Of a stretch of DNA of 64,000 bases, positions 38,134 to 47,876 are shown piece after piece. The stretch is from positions 608,001 through 672,000 of the forward strand of contig CAXXRD010000001.1 of NCBI GenBank assembly GCA_963663895.2. Direction: 5' to 3'. Positions within the stretch are counted from its first letter, which is position 1. Every line of letters starts with the position of its first letter. The translations under genes and the position numbers were made by a program. The notes beneath the pieces were generated by a model. The model saw nothing but the letters and a program-made list of their open reading frames with translations, did no database searches and was not told the origin of the DNA. Origin of the DNA: Dehalococcoidia bacterium. Lineage in GTDB: Bacteria; Chloroflexota; Dehalococcoidia; Bin125.

Positions 38134-40008
38134 TTGAGCGAAAGCTTCATCGACAAAACGAACAGGAAGGTGATGCGACGCCGGGTAAGCCGGCGCAGCA
38201 TCCTCGCCGCGTCGGGAGCGGCTGGCCTCGGGGCCGCAGGGTTAGCTCTCGTAGGCTGCGGCGACGATGACGACGATGCGCCGGCGGTCGCTCAGGCCCC
38301 GGCCGCTCAGGCCCCGGCTGCTCAGGCCCCGGCTGCTCAGGCCCCGGCCGCTCAGGCCCCGGCCGCTCAGGCCCCGGCAGAGCAAGCTCCCATGGAAGAG
38401 CAGATGCCCATGGAGGAATCCATGGAGTTCGGGCCCGCGACGCATGAGGCGGTGCCGCCGCGGTCCAGCAAGGACATCGCGGTTCTGGCAGTGAGCGCGA
38501 CCCCGATCGCGGTCGACCCCGACTACGGTCACGGCAGCCCGCAGACCTGGGAATCGTGGATGAACGTCTTCGACCAAACGATCAAGTTTGGTTGGCGGGA
38601 CTACCCATTCGACGTCGGCGAAGTCAATCACGTCGGCTATGTCTCGTTCGAGAACGACGACCTGCTGCCCTGGATGCAGGAATCGTGGGAACTCAGCGAG
38701 GATCAGACGAGCCTCGTGATCAACATCCGGCCAGGCGTCCAAAGCTCGACCGGCAACGAGTTGACCGCTGAGGACTTCGCCTACCGGATCGACCGGGCCT
38801 TCGGGTTGGGCGCCATCGGCGCTTTCTTCACCCAGCTCATCAACATCGACCCGGAGAACCCGTACGAGATCCTGGGCCGGCACCAGATCAAGGTGAATTC
38901 GACGAACCCAAACGGCCTCCTGCTCCCCATCTGGGCGAACAGCGCCTGGCAGGTCATCGACCAGGTGGAGGCGCGCGCCGCCGCCACCGCCGACGACGAG
39001 TGGTCCGTGGAATGGATGGCGCAGAATGGGGTCGGCTTCGGGAGCATCGCGGTCGACACCTTCGGAACCGGTGAGCGCGTCGTCTTCACTGCGAACCAGA
39101 ACTACTTCCGCGGTGAGCAGCCGATCACGAACATCGTCTACGAAGAGGTTCCGCAGGCCTCCAACCGCCTGGCGGCGGTGGCGGCCGGCGAGGCCGACGC
39201 GGCCTACGGGCTTCCCGGAGAGCTGTGGATCCAGGCCCGCGACGAGGCGATCCAGAACCCGATCGCCATCAAGGGCAACCTGATCATCTTCGGGTTCATG
39301 AACGCGCTGCGGGAGCCGTGGCAGGACCCGCGGACGCGGCAAGCGATGAACTGGGCGACCCCTCGCCAGGAGATCCTGGACATCGCCTACGGAGGCTTGG
39401 GCGTACCGTGGACCACGGTCATGACCTCGATCTTCCCGGGCGTCAACGAGAGTGTCGTACCCTGGGGCGCGGATCCCAACGTTGGCGAGGCCCGCGCGCT
39501 ACTCGACGCGGCCGGTCAAAGCGACGGCTTCGATGTCACGCTCGACTACGACACCTCCGTGGCGCAGTACGAGCGCATCGGCGTGCTGCTGCAAGACGCG
39601 TACTCCAACATCGGCGTGAACGTCACGTTGAACCCGCAGCCGAATGGGCCCTACGCGGCCGAGGCCACTGGCAAGCAGAAGACTTTCGGACTCTGGCAGG
39701 ACGCCTACATCCAGCCGGACCCGATCTACTTCCTGAACCTTGGCTACGACGCCGGGCTGGGCGGCATCAACAACTACGGACAGGTCGACGACCCGGAGTT
39801 GAACGACATGCTGGAGCGGGGCAGTCTCTTCACGGACCTCCAGGACCGTGTGGATATCGCAACGCCGATCCAGGAGCGGGTCGTGGATCTCGCGCCGTAC
39901 ATCTGGTTGGTGGAGCCGTTCTACACCAACGTGCTCAACGAGAACCTGCGCGGGTTCCGCTGGCACACCACCCAAGAGACCTACTGGTCGGATATGTACT
40001 TCGTCTAG
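38134..40008 (+). CDS. ABC solute-binding protein, family 5 (DppA/OppA-like), Tat-exported lipoprotein
   Basis: SRRSIL twin-Arg, LVG-C lipobox, GNELTAEDF, DPRTRQAMNWA, EARALLDAAG. TTG follows AAGGAGGAG. Confidence 0.88.
   Translation: MSESFIDKTNRKVMRRRVSRRSILAASGAAGLGAAGLALVGCGDDDDDAPAVAQAPAAQAPAAQAPAAQAPAAQAPAAQAPAEQAPMEEQMPMEESMEFGPATHEAVPPRSSKDIAVLAVSATPIAVDPDYGHGSPQTWESWMNVFDQTIKFGWRDYPFDVGEVNHVGYVSFENDDLLPWMQESWELSEDQTSLVINIRPGVQSSTGNELTAEDFAYRIDRAFGLGAIGAFFTQLINIDPENPYEILGRHQIKVNSTNPNGLLLPIWANSAWQVIDQVEARAAATADDEWSVEWMAQNGVGFGSIAVDTFGTGERVVFTANQNYFRGEQPITNIVYEEVPQASNRLAAVAAGEADAAYGLPGELWIQARDEAIQNPIAIKGNLIIFGFMNALREPWQDPRTRQAMNWATPRQEILDIAYGGLGVPWTTVMTSIFPGVNESVVPWGADPNVGEARALLDAAGQSDGFDVTLDYDTSVAQYERIGVLLQDAYSNIGVNVTLNPQPNGPYAAEATGKQKTFGLWQDAYIQPDPIYFLNLGYDAGLGGINNYGQVDDPELNDMLERGSLFTDLQDRVDIATPIQERVVDLAPYIWLVEPFYTNVLNENLRGFRWHTTQETYWSDMYFV
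38290..38379 (+). repeat. Six tandem 15-bp repeats GCTCAGGCCCCGGC(C/T/A) encoding the (AQAPA)6 linker
   Basis: Directly visible, and in frame within the SBP. Confidence 0.9.
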
Positions 40009-40033
40009 TCGGTCCTCGCAGGGAAGCGAGAAC

Positions 40034-40064
40034 AGGGGCCGCCCTCCGGGCGGCCCCTCTCTTT
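40034..40064 (+). terminator. Rho-independent terminator of SBP 1
   Basis: AGGGGCCGCCC-TCC-GGGCGGCCCCT followed by CTCTTT. Confidence 0.75.
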
Positions 40065-40322
40065 GCGCTCACATCGCCACCCCCGTATGGCCCCGGGTTC
40101 ACTCTTCGGACGAAGCCGGCCCAATTCTCTCCCCTCACCCTCCCCCCAAGCGTCGAGCCTTTTCTGCACTCTTTCTCAGCGTCTCCCAGCATCGGAAGGC
40201 CAATCGCCGAAACCGTGTCCTCGCCTCGCCTGCGCTGGATAAGGTCCGACCGAGAACGAGCGGCCGGTAAGCCGGGGCTCACCCCCGTCCGTCCAGCGGG
40301 ATCACGGACGGATCGCGGGGCA

Positions 40323-40356
40323 CAAAGAAGGGGCCCGGCATCTCTGCCGGGCCCCT
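40323..40356 (-). terminator. Rho-independent terminator of SBP 2
   Basis: 12-bp stem AGGGGCCCGGCA/TGCCGGGCCCCT, followed by TCTTTG on the minus strand. Confidence 0.75.
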
Positions 40357-40390
40357 CAACCGTCGCGCTACGGAATCGTCTTCATGCCTC

Positions 40391-42274
40391 CTAGGAGGTG
40401 AAGAAGACCTCCCCGTAATCGATCTGGTTGTCCGTGCGGTGGTAGTAACCACTCAGGTTGTCGCGCCAGATCCAGGACGGGTCGGTCCAACACATCCAGG
40501 CCATCGGCGCGTCCTCGGCAACGATGCGCTGCGCCTCCGCGAAGTGGCCGAAGGCCTCCTCGGAGAGATCGTCGCCCACGTTGACGCCGGCCTCCAGCGC
40601 CTGCCAGAACTCCGCCGACTGGGCGCGGCCCTTGTGCCATCCGGCCCAGTTGAGGATGGAGTCCGGGGTGAAGAAGAGACCGAGGTAGTACGGAATCGTC
40701 TGCACGATCGCGTAGTCCCTGGTCATGAACCCCGGCAGCCCCTCGTCACCGATGGAGCGGTTCTCGTTGGACTCGGAGGGCGTCAGGCCCTTGAGCTGCA
40801 CGTCGATGCCCGCCGCCGCGGCGGACTCCTTCATGAGGATGACCGCCTCCTCCTGGTCGGGGAAGGCGAGCTCGAAGCCCATCTCGAAGCTGAAACCATC
40901 CGCAAGGCCGGCCTCGGCCAGCAGCGCGCGGGCCCCGTCGATGTCCGTCTTGACGTATGGCTCGAACAGGTCGGGGCGCGACCCGGGGATCGGGTCCCAA
41001 ACCATCCCGAACTGCCGGCGAGCGCGGCCTTGGTAGACCGTGTTGATGACCTCGTCGTAGGGGATCGTCTGCAGGAAGGCCTGCCGGACGCGAACGTCGT
41101 CGAACGGCTGCACGCCGAAGTTCATCGTCGCCCACAGGCTGAGGTCCGTGAAGGCGTCCGGCACGAAGATGCCCTCACTGGCCGCCGCGTCGACCTGCTC
41201 GCGAGCGAGCATCTGACGCGCGATGTGCACGTCGCCGCGCTTCACCAGCGAGAGACGCGTCGAGGTTTCCGGCACTACGCGCCAGATCATGCGCTCCGGC
41301 CGGTTGGGGTTACCGCCCACCCAGTGCTCGTTGCGCAGCCACAGGGCCTGCTGGCCCTGGGTGAAGCTGTCCACGTAGTAGGGGCCGTGGCCATGGGCGT
41401 TATTAACGGCCCACTCAGCGGCCCACGGGTCGGCCTCCGTCGAGTTCTCCATCAGCCGCCTGGAGTCGACGATGGAGCCGCCGTGGTTGTTGGCGATCGC
41501 GTGCTCGAACGTCGTGAACGGCTGCGGCAGTTGGAACTGGACCGTGTAGTCATCGATCCGCCGAACCTGACTATCGATGTCGAAATCATCCCGATTCCGG
41601 TAGAGACCGAGGGCGAAGTCCTGGACGAAGGCTCCGATCAGATTCAGATGGAACTTGCGATCCTGCGTGTAGACCACATCGTCCGCCGTGAGCTCGTTGC
41701 CCCAGGGACTCATGACCCCTTCCCGCAGCTTGAAGGTATAGGTCATGCGGTCGTCGCTGCGTTCCCAATCCTCAGCGAGCATCATCTGGAAGTCGTCGCG
41801 CTGGCCGCCCACCGACTGCTGCAGGTAATCGCCGTCAAAGACCGTGGGCTTGATGGCGTAGCGCATCAGCTGGGCATGCTCGTTGACCGAGGCTTCCTGG
41901 CTCTCGTTCACCGAGGCCAGTTCCTGGTCCAAGGTGGTCCAGAGGGTCGCCTGCGCGACGATCAGGTCCCGCTCGACATCTGCTGGCTCCGGGGCAGGAG
42001 CCGGCGCCTCGTCCGGCATCTGCTCCGCCGGCATCTGTTCGTCCGGCATCTGCTCCGCCGGGGCTTGAGCAGCTGGCGCCTGAGCGGCCGGGGCCTGCGC
42101 GGCCGGGGCTTGCGCGGCGGCTGGCGCATCATCGTCGTCGTCGCCACAGCCCACGATTCCGATGGCGACCGCGCCGAGCCCGGCGCCTCCCATGCTGGCC
42201 ATAACTTTGCGACGAGAGACGCGGCGGTCGGCCCACCACCTCTTCGTCGTCTTCGGACTCTTCTTGATGTACAT
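40391..42274 (-). CDS. ABC solute-binding protein, family 5, Tat-exported lipoprotein
   Basis: SRRKVM, IVG-C lipobox, YTFKLREG, GNELTADDV, GHGPY, DVRVRQA, ARALLAEAG. ATG 42274 follows AGGAGG. Confidence 0.88.
   Translation of the reverse strand: MYIKKSPKTTKRWWADRRVSRRKVMASMGGAGLGAVAIGIVGCGDDDDDAPAAAQAPAAQAPAAQAPAAQAPAEQMPDEQMPAEQMPDEAPAPAPEPADVERDLIVAQATLWTTLDQELASVNESQEASVNEHAQLMRYAIKPTVFDGDYLQQSVGGQRDDFQMMLAEDWERSDDRMTYTFKLREGVMSPWGNELTADDVVYTQDRKFHLNLIGAFVQDFALGLYRNRDDFDIDSQVRRIDDYTVQFQLPQPFTTFEHAIANNHGGSIVDSRRLMENSTEADPWAAEWAVNNAHGHGPYYVDSFTQGQQALWLRNEHWVGGNPNRPERMIWRVVPETSTRLSLVKRGDVHIARQMLAREQVDAAASEGIFVPDAFTDLSLWATMNFGVQPFDDVRVRQAFLQTIPYDEVINTVYQGRARRQFGMVWDPIPGSRPDLFEPYVKTDIDGARALLAEAGLADGFSFEMGFELAFPDQEEAVILMKESAAAAGIDVQLKGLTPSESNENRSIGDEGLPGFMTRDYAIVQTIPYYLGLFFTPDSILNWAGWHKGRAQSAEFWQALEAGVNVGDDLSEEAFGHFAEAQRIVAEDAPMAWMCWTDPSWIWRDNLSGYYHRTDNQIDYGEVFFTS
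42010..42125 (-). repeat. Degenerate 15-bp repeats encoding a (QAPAA)x4 + (EQMPD/A)x3 linker
   Basis: Visible in the translation, and as repeated CCGGCATCTG units on the + strand. Confidence 0.75.
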
Positions 42275-42564
42275 GCTCTTTCGCTTCCTCCTACTTGCTA
42301 GACGACCTGCGTCGCGTCGCTCCACCGGGAACGAAGTCCCGGCCCTAGCTTGTGTGGAGCGTACATTACTCGATACAGCCTTAGATCAAGTGACTCGCAC
42401 CGCACCTCCTTGGCATCTTTCAGAATTATGTCCCTAAGGCGCGCTGCCGCGCCCTGGAAAGGTCGCAGTGTCGCCGATCGAGGCGCGTCAGTCCAGCCCG
42501 CGCACCGCGCGCGGATTTAGTGACACAATGGGCCCAAAGCTGCCTAGCGTGAGAGGAAGGTGCC

Positions 42565-43125
42565 ATGCCCCTGACCCGTGTCCCGCACGAAGCGTTGGCC
42601 GAGGACTATCGCGCCATGGTCGAGGAATGCATCGATCAGGCCGGCGACGCCCGTTTCCTGGAGATCGGCGCCAATGCGCCGCACATGATGCAATTCTACT
42701 TCGGCGAGTTCTACGAGAAGATCTTCTTCGCGGGCGTCGCTCCCGTCCCGATCAAGGAGCTCGCGCGGCTTCGCCTTTCCACCCTGCACGGCTGTGCGTT
42801 GTGAAACAAGGTCAATACCGTCTCGGCGAGACGGCACGGTATCACCGACGCGCAGATCGCGAGCTTGGACGACTTTGAGAACGGGCCCTTCGATGAGCGG
42901 GAGAAGGCTGCCCTGCGACTGGCGACGGTCATGGCATGGACCGCGCCGCGCGGCTACGTGGACGATATCCTGGAAGCGCAGTTGCGCGAGTATTTCTCGG
43001 ACGCCCAGATCGTCGAGCTGGGAATGGTCTGCGCCCAACTGGTCGGGATGGCGAAGCTTCTGTTCGTTTTCGACTGGGCGGATAAGGAAGATTACTGCCC
43101 ACTGGCGCCGCTCCCAGAAGCATAG
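42565..43125 (+). CDS. AhpD/carboxymuconolactone-decarboxylase family protein with in-frame TGA (probable selenocysteine, CxxU), 186 aa
   Basis: IKELARLRLSTLHGCAL-TGA(42802-04)-NKVNTVSARRHGITDAQIASLDDFENGPFDEREKAALRLA...FSDAQIVELG continues in one frame. A hairpin follows the TGA. Confidence 0.8.
42805..42836 (+). promoter_or_regulatory. Candidate bacterial SECIS element
   Basis: CCGTCTC-GGC-GAGACGG hairpin (42818-42834). The loop begins with G, 20 nt after the UGA. Confidence 0.6.
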
Positions 43126-43222
43126 GCCCCGCGCTGTCGGCATCCACCGCATCAGCGGCGATTCGCTGGCAGGCGGCTGCCTTCCGGCCGACATGATCCG
43201 TCCGTCTATATACTGAGTCCCC

Positions 43223-45010
43223 ATGCCACACGCACCTGCCGACGACACTGCGGGCATCGATCCCGTCACGTTCGAAGTGGTCCGCAACGCCTTCGTCTCG
43301 ATCTGCAACGAGATGGCGCTGGTGGTCGCCAAGACCGCCTACTCCACCCCCGTCAACGAGGGCCGCGACTTCGCCAGCGGCATCTACGATCACGAGGGCA
43401 AGCTGATCTCCCAAGGCGAGTTCGACTTGCCCGCTTTCGTGGGGCTCACGCATCTCACGGTGCCGGAAGTGATCCGAGCGATCGGGCGGGAAAACATGCG
43501 GCTCGACGACATCTACATGATCAACGACCCCTACGTGGCCAGTACGCATTGCAACGACATTCACTTCGTGAAGCCGGTGTTCATCGACGGGAAGCTGGTG
43601 GCGTTCGTCTCGGCCACCGCGCACTGGTCGGACGTGGGAGGCATCGCTCCCGGATCGCTGATCTGCGCGGCGCGGACGCACTTCGAGGAAGGCGTGCGCA
43701 TTCCGGCGGTCACGATTTATGAGCAGGGGGTCCTAAACGAGGACATCCTCTCCCTGCTCCTCTCCAATATGCGCCAGTCCTGGGAGCGTCTGGGCGACTT
43801 CAACGCGCAAGTGGCGGCCGTGCGGGCGGGCGAGGCGCGCTTCCACGCGCTGGTGGACCGGCACGGGTTGGACGTCGTGCGCGGGACGATGGCGGAGGTG
43901 CAGGACTATTCCGAACGGATGGTCCGGGCCGCCTTCGCCAGCCTTCCGGACGGCAGCTATTACGGAGAGGACCGCTGCGATCAGGACATTTTCACCGGAG
44001 AGCCCAAAGCGATGCGGCTCACGCTCACGATCCGCGGCGACCAGGCGGTCTTCGACCTGACCGAGAGCGACGGCCCAGCGGAGTGCAGCATCAACTGCAC
44101 GATCGCGGCGACCACGTCGGCGCTCTTCATCGCCTTGGCGTCCATCCTGCCGCCCATGCCGATCAACAGCGGCGTGATGCGCGCGATCGAGATCAAGGCC
44201 ACGCGCGGATCGCTCGCCTGGGCAGAGCCCCCGTCGGGAATCTCGGGGCTGCCCGCCACCACCATGGACACGGTGACGAGCTGCGTGACGCAGGCGCTCA
44301 GCCAAGCGTTGCCCGAGCGCGGCGTCGGCGCCGCCTACAGCATCCTGAATTGCGTCTTCTCCGGTTTCGACGAACGGCCCGAGTTCCTGTCGCCTTTCAT
44401 CAACTACGTATGGGGCTTTGGCGGCATGGGAGCGACTGCGAGCAAGGATGGGACCGCGGCAGCGGCCGCCCCCTACGGCGGCAGTATTCAGACCATCCCC
44501 TGCGAGCTGCAGGAGCGCCGCTATCCCGTCCTCTGGCGCCGCCATCAGCTCCTCCCCAGCTCGGGTGGACCCGGCGCCACCCGCGGCGGCTTGGCGCTCG
44601 ACGAGCTGGTGGAGTTTCCCTTCCAGTCCGGCGTCGTCTCGTGCATCGGGGCGCGCGAGCGCTTTGGCGCACCCGGCCTCTTTGGCGCGGGCGACGGCGC
44701 GACGGCGGGTTTGATCATCAACCGGGGGACCGAGTCGGAACGCAACCTGGGGGTGATGGCGCTTCACCAACCCGTCAGCGCCAACGAGGTCATGTCGTTG
44801 TGGTCGGGCGGGGGAGGCGGCTACGGCGACCCGCTGGACCGGCCGCTGGAACGGGTCCTGGACGACGTCAAGGACGAGTACATCTCGATCGAGGGCGCAC
44901 GCGCCCAGTACGGCGCGGTCATCCGTGAGGTCGACCGCCGCACACTCGCCTTCGAGATCGATGTGGCAGCGAGCGAGCGGCTGCGGTCCGAGCGACGCGC
45001 CGCCCGTTAG
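43223..45010 (+). CDS. Hydantoinase B/oxoprolinase-family subunit (paralog 3)
   Basis: DPVTFEV, NDPYVASTHCND, AHWSDVGG, GGGGYGDP. Confidence 0.9.
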   Translation: MPHAPADDTAGIDPVTFEVVRNAFVSICNEMALVVAKTAYSTPVNEGRDFASGIYDHEGKLISQGEFDLPAFVGLTHLTVPEVIRAIGRENMRLDDIYMINDPYVASTHCNDIHFVKPVFIDGKLVAFVSATAHWSDVGGIAPGSLICAARTHFEEGVRIPAVTIYEQGVLNEDILSLLLSNMRQSWERLGDFNAQVAAVRAGEARFHALVDRHGLDVVRGTMAEVQDYSERMVRAAFASLPDGSYYGEDRCDQDIFTGEPKAMRLTLTIRGDQAVFDLTESDGPAECSINCTIAATTSALFIALASILPPMPINSGVMRAIEIKATRGSLAWAEPPSGISGLPATTMDTVTSCVTQALSQALPERGVGAAYSILNCVFSGFDERPEFLSPFINYVWGFGGMGATASKDGTAAAAAPYGGSIQTIPCELQERRYPVLWRRHQLLPSSGGPGATRGGLALDELVEFPFQSGVVSCIGARERFGAPGLFGAGDGATAGLIINRGTESERNLGVMALHQPVSANEVMSLWSGGGGGYGDPLDRPLERVLDDVKDEYISIEGARAQYGAVIREVDRRTLAFEIDVAASERLRSERRAAR

Positions 45011-45023
45011 CGGGGCTGCGGCC

Positions 45024-45929
45024 CTAGCGCGCCTGGACCCACTCGCCGATACGCTCGATCGCTTGCTGTCCCTCCGGCAGCATCCCCGCGAACTGCTGCC
45101 ACACATGCACCATCTCCGGCCACTCCTCCAGCGTCACATTGACGCCGGCCGCTCGAGCACGCTCAGCGACGCGGGTCGTGTCCGCGAGGATGATCTCATG
45201 ATCGCCGACCTGCATCAGCAGCGGCGGCAGTCCCGCCAGCTCCGCATACACCGGTGAAGCGAGGGGGGTTTGGGCGGGAGCGCCGCCAAGGTACAGCCCG
45301 GCCATTCGCTTGAGGCCGGCCTCCCCGATCATCGGATCGACATCTTTCCGCGTTTGGAGGGTCTCCCCGCTGACCGCCATGTCGCTCCAGGCGGAGAGGG
45401 TGACCGCGGCGTCGGGAAGAGGAATCCCAGTGTCGCGGGCTTGCACGAGCGCGGCGAGGGTGAGACCCCCTCCGGCCGAATCGCCCGCCACCAACGTCTT
45501 GCCGGCAGGTTTGGGGCCGTCAGGCCCGTTGTCGTGCATCCAGCGGAGAGCAGCGACCGCATCGTCGACGGCAGCCGGGTAGGGATGCTCGGGCGCGAGG
45601 CGATAGTCCAGGAAGAGCGCTGCGTAGCCGGTCGCGGCAGCGATCCGCGCAACGAGATCGCGGTGCGTGTCCAGCGATCCAATGACGTAGCCCCCCCCGT
45701 GCAGGTAGAGCAGCCGCTTGTCGGGATCGGAGTTCGGCGCCTGGACCCATTCCGCCGGAATTCCCTCTGCCTTGGTCGCAGCGGTCCGCGTTCCTTCGGG
45801 CGGGGGCATCCCGTTACTGTTCAGGAGCAAGCGCAAGGCATCGTACGTCTTCGCCTCCATGTGCTCGTCGATGATGCTGGCGAGCTTACCCGCCATCCCA
45901 CGGACCTTCTCAAGCTGTTCGGATGCCAC
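45024..45929 (-). CDS. Alpha/beta hydrolase, HSL family esterase/lactonase
   Basis: HGGGY, DYRLAPEHPYPA, GDSAGG, MVHVW. Confidence 0.92.
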   Translation of the reverse strand: MASEQLEKVRGMAGKLASIIDEHMEAKTYDALRLLLNSNGMPPPEGTRTAATKAEGIPAEWVQAPNSDPDKRLLYLHGGGYVIGSLDTHRDLVARIAAATGYAALFLDYRLAPEHPYPAAVDDAVAALRWMHDNGPDGPKPAGKTLVAGDSAGGGLTLAALVQARDTGIPLPDAAVTLSAWSDMAVSGETLQTRKDVDPMIGEAGLKRMAGLYLGGAPAQTPLASPVYAELAGLPPLLMQVGDHEIILADTTRVAERARAAGVNVTLEEWPEMVHVWQQFAGMLPEGQQAIERIGEWVQAR

Positions 45930-46135
45930 CGGTGCTCCTCCTCATTAGCTATCACTGCTCTTAGTGCCACTTGAACCAGCGCTTGCCGAAAAATCGCTAC
46001 GCAGCGTTCTGTCGCAGGTTCTACCACGGCAGCGGCCCTCGCGCGAAGGCTCGAAGCCAACAGCCCCTGTATCATCCTGCAGCAGAAGGACGCGCCGGGT
46101 GGGTCGGCGCGCACGGTACGGTGACAGGAGACGGG

Positions 46136-47743
46136 ATGGGAACGACGGCGCGGCGCAGCATTTGGGCCTGGGGGTTGGAATCCGAAGAGCCGAGCGAGGC
46201 CGACCGGAAGGCGGAAGCCAAACGGATGGCGGAGGAGTATGGCACCGTGGTCGACCCGCCCCCGCTGCCCACCATCGATCGCGTGGACATTGGGGCGCCC
46301 CGGATCCAGGCGCCGGACGCCCTCGCCACGATCTGCGCCAACGACAAGCACGACCGCGCCGCCCATGCCTACGGACGCTCCTATCCCGACAAGCTGCGCG
46401 CTTTCCAGGGCGACTTTCGCAACGCCCCGGACCTCGTCGCCTACCCGAGCAGCGAGGAGGAGGTCAGCGCCGTTCTCGAATGGTGCTCCGACAACGGGTA
46501 CGCGGCGATCCCCTACGGCGGAGGATCGTCCGTGGTCGACGGCGTGAATCCGCCCGAGGGCTACGACGGCATCGTGACGATCGATCTGACGAGGTTGGAC
46601 CAGGTACTGGAGATCGATGAATCGTCGCGCGCGGCGCGCATCCAGGCGGGCGTTTTGGGCCCGGCCCTGGAGGCGCAGTTGAAGCCGCACGGGTACACGC
46701 TGCGCCATTTCCCGCAGTCGTTCGAGTTCTCCTCCCTGGGTGGCTGGATCGTGACCCGTTCCGGAGGGCATTACGCCACCAACCACACGCACATCGACGA
46801 GTTCGTGGAGTCGGTACGGATGGTCACACCGCGGGGCATCTGGGAATCCAGGCGGCTCCCCGGGAGCGGAGCCGGCCCGAGTCCGGACCGCCTCGTCATC
46901 GGCAGCGAGGGCATTCTCGGGATCGTGACGGAAGCGTGGATGCGGATTCAGAAGCGGCCCCGCTTTCGGGCATCCGCCGGCGTCCGCTTCCCCGACTGGG
47001 CTTCGGGCTTCGAAGGAACCCGCCAGGTCGTCCAAGCGAAGCTCTGGCCAGCCAATCTGCGGCTCTTGGACCCAGCCGAAGCGCAGAAGGGCTCCGGGTT
47101 GGATGGGAAGCAGTCGCTGCTGATCATCGGTTTCGAATCAGCGGAGGTGCCGCAGGGCGCCTTCATCCAGGAAGCCGTCCAGATCGCCCGCGCGGCCGGC
47201 GGGCAGATCGACGACGAAGCGATCGTCGTCGACGACGGCACGGGGAACCCCACGGGGCGCGGCGGGAACGTCGGCGCCTGGCGGGATTGGTTCATCCGCG
47301 CCCCCTATGCCAAGAACACCCAGGTTGGGCTGGGGCTGATCGCCGACACCTTCGAAACCGCGATCACGTGGGACCGCTTCCCCGAGTTCGATGCGGCGGT
47401 GCGGACCGCCATGACGGACATCTTGCAGCGGGTCTGCGGCGGGGGAGAGATCGCGTGCCGCTTCACCCACGTCTACCCGGACGGACCCGCGCCGTATTAC
47501 ACCTACGCCGGGTTTGGCACGCCGGGGGCGGAGTTGGAGCAGTGGAACATGATCAAGGCGGCCGGCTCGGACGCCGTCATGAACGCCGGCGGGACCATTA
47601 CGCACCATCACGCCGTTGGCCGGATGCACCGTCCTTGGTACGACGGTCAGCGACCGGATCTCTTCGCGGGAGCGCTGCGCGAAGCCAAGCGCTCCCTGGA
47701 TCCCAACGGCGTCCTAAATCCAGGCGTTCTGATCGACCCGTAG
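46136..47743 (+). CDS. FAD-binding oxidoreductase (alkyl-DHAP-synthase-like, VAO family)
   Basis: PYGGGSSV, LRHFPQSFEFSSLGGW, GSEGILG, THHHAVG, DPNGVLNPG. Confidence 0.88.
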   Translation: MGTTARRSIWAWGLESEEPSEADRKAEAKRMAEEYGTVVDPPPLPTIDRVDIGAPRIQAPDALATICANDKHDRAAHAYGRSYPDKLRAFQGDFRNAPDLVAYPSSEEEVSAVLEWCSDNGYAAIPYGGGSSVVDGVNPPEGYDGIVTIDLTRLDQVLEIDESSRAARIQAGVLGPALEAQLKPHGYTLRHFPQSFEFSSLGGWIVTRSGGHYATNHTHIDEFVESVRMVTPRGIWESRRLPGSGAGPSPDRLVIGSEGILGIVTEAWMRIQKRPRFRASAGVRFPDWASGFEGTRQVVQAKLWPANLRLLDPAEAQKGSGLDGKQSLLIIGFESAEVPQGAFIQEAVQIARAAGGQIDDEAIVVDDGTGNPTGRGGNVGAWRDWFIRAPYAKNTQVGLGLIADTFETAITWDRFPEFDAAVRTAMTDILQRVCGGGEIACRFTHVYPDGPAPYYTYAGFGTPGAELEQWNMIKAAGSDAVMNAGGTITHHHAVGRMHRPWYDGQRPDLFAGALREAKRSLDPNGVLNPGVLIDP

Positions 47744-47876
47744 CGCAACGGTGTCGGCCTGGAGTGAAAGATGTTGCGCGCGCCCTAGTGCGGGCTGGGC
47801 TTGAATGCTACGGTGAGCCGGGAATCGCGAGGCCGTACGCCGCTCCGCTGAGCGTTACGCCTACTACGACAAGCTT

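Noticed and set aside
38290-38379. Regular short repeats as a possible CRISPR array
   Set aside because: The 15-bp units are contiguous with no spacers, lie in frame inside a CDS, and no cas genes are present.
40065-40322. Intergenic hairpins between the two SBP terminators as a possible ncRNA or tRNA
   Set aside because: No cloverleaf, T-loop or known ncRNA consensus seen. The pairing is explainable by GC content.
40439-42301. 620-aa plus-strand ORF, and similar long ORFs at 33116-34981, 10531-11844 and 43733-45106
   Set aside because: Antisense shadows of real genes, caused by high GC at third codon positions. No recognisable motifs.
42565-43125. Reading the AhpD-like locus as two small genes or a nonsense pseudogene
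   Set aside because: The stop is TGA exactly at the redox Cys position, both halves are intact and in frame, and a SECIS-like hairpin follows. Sec recoding is more parsimonious, though unproven.
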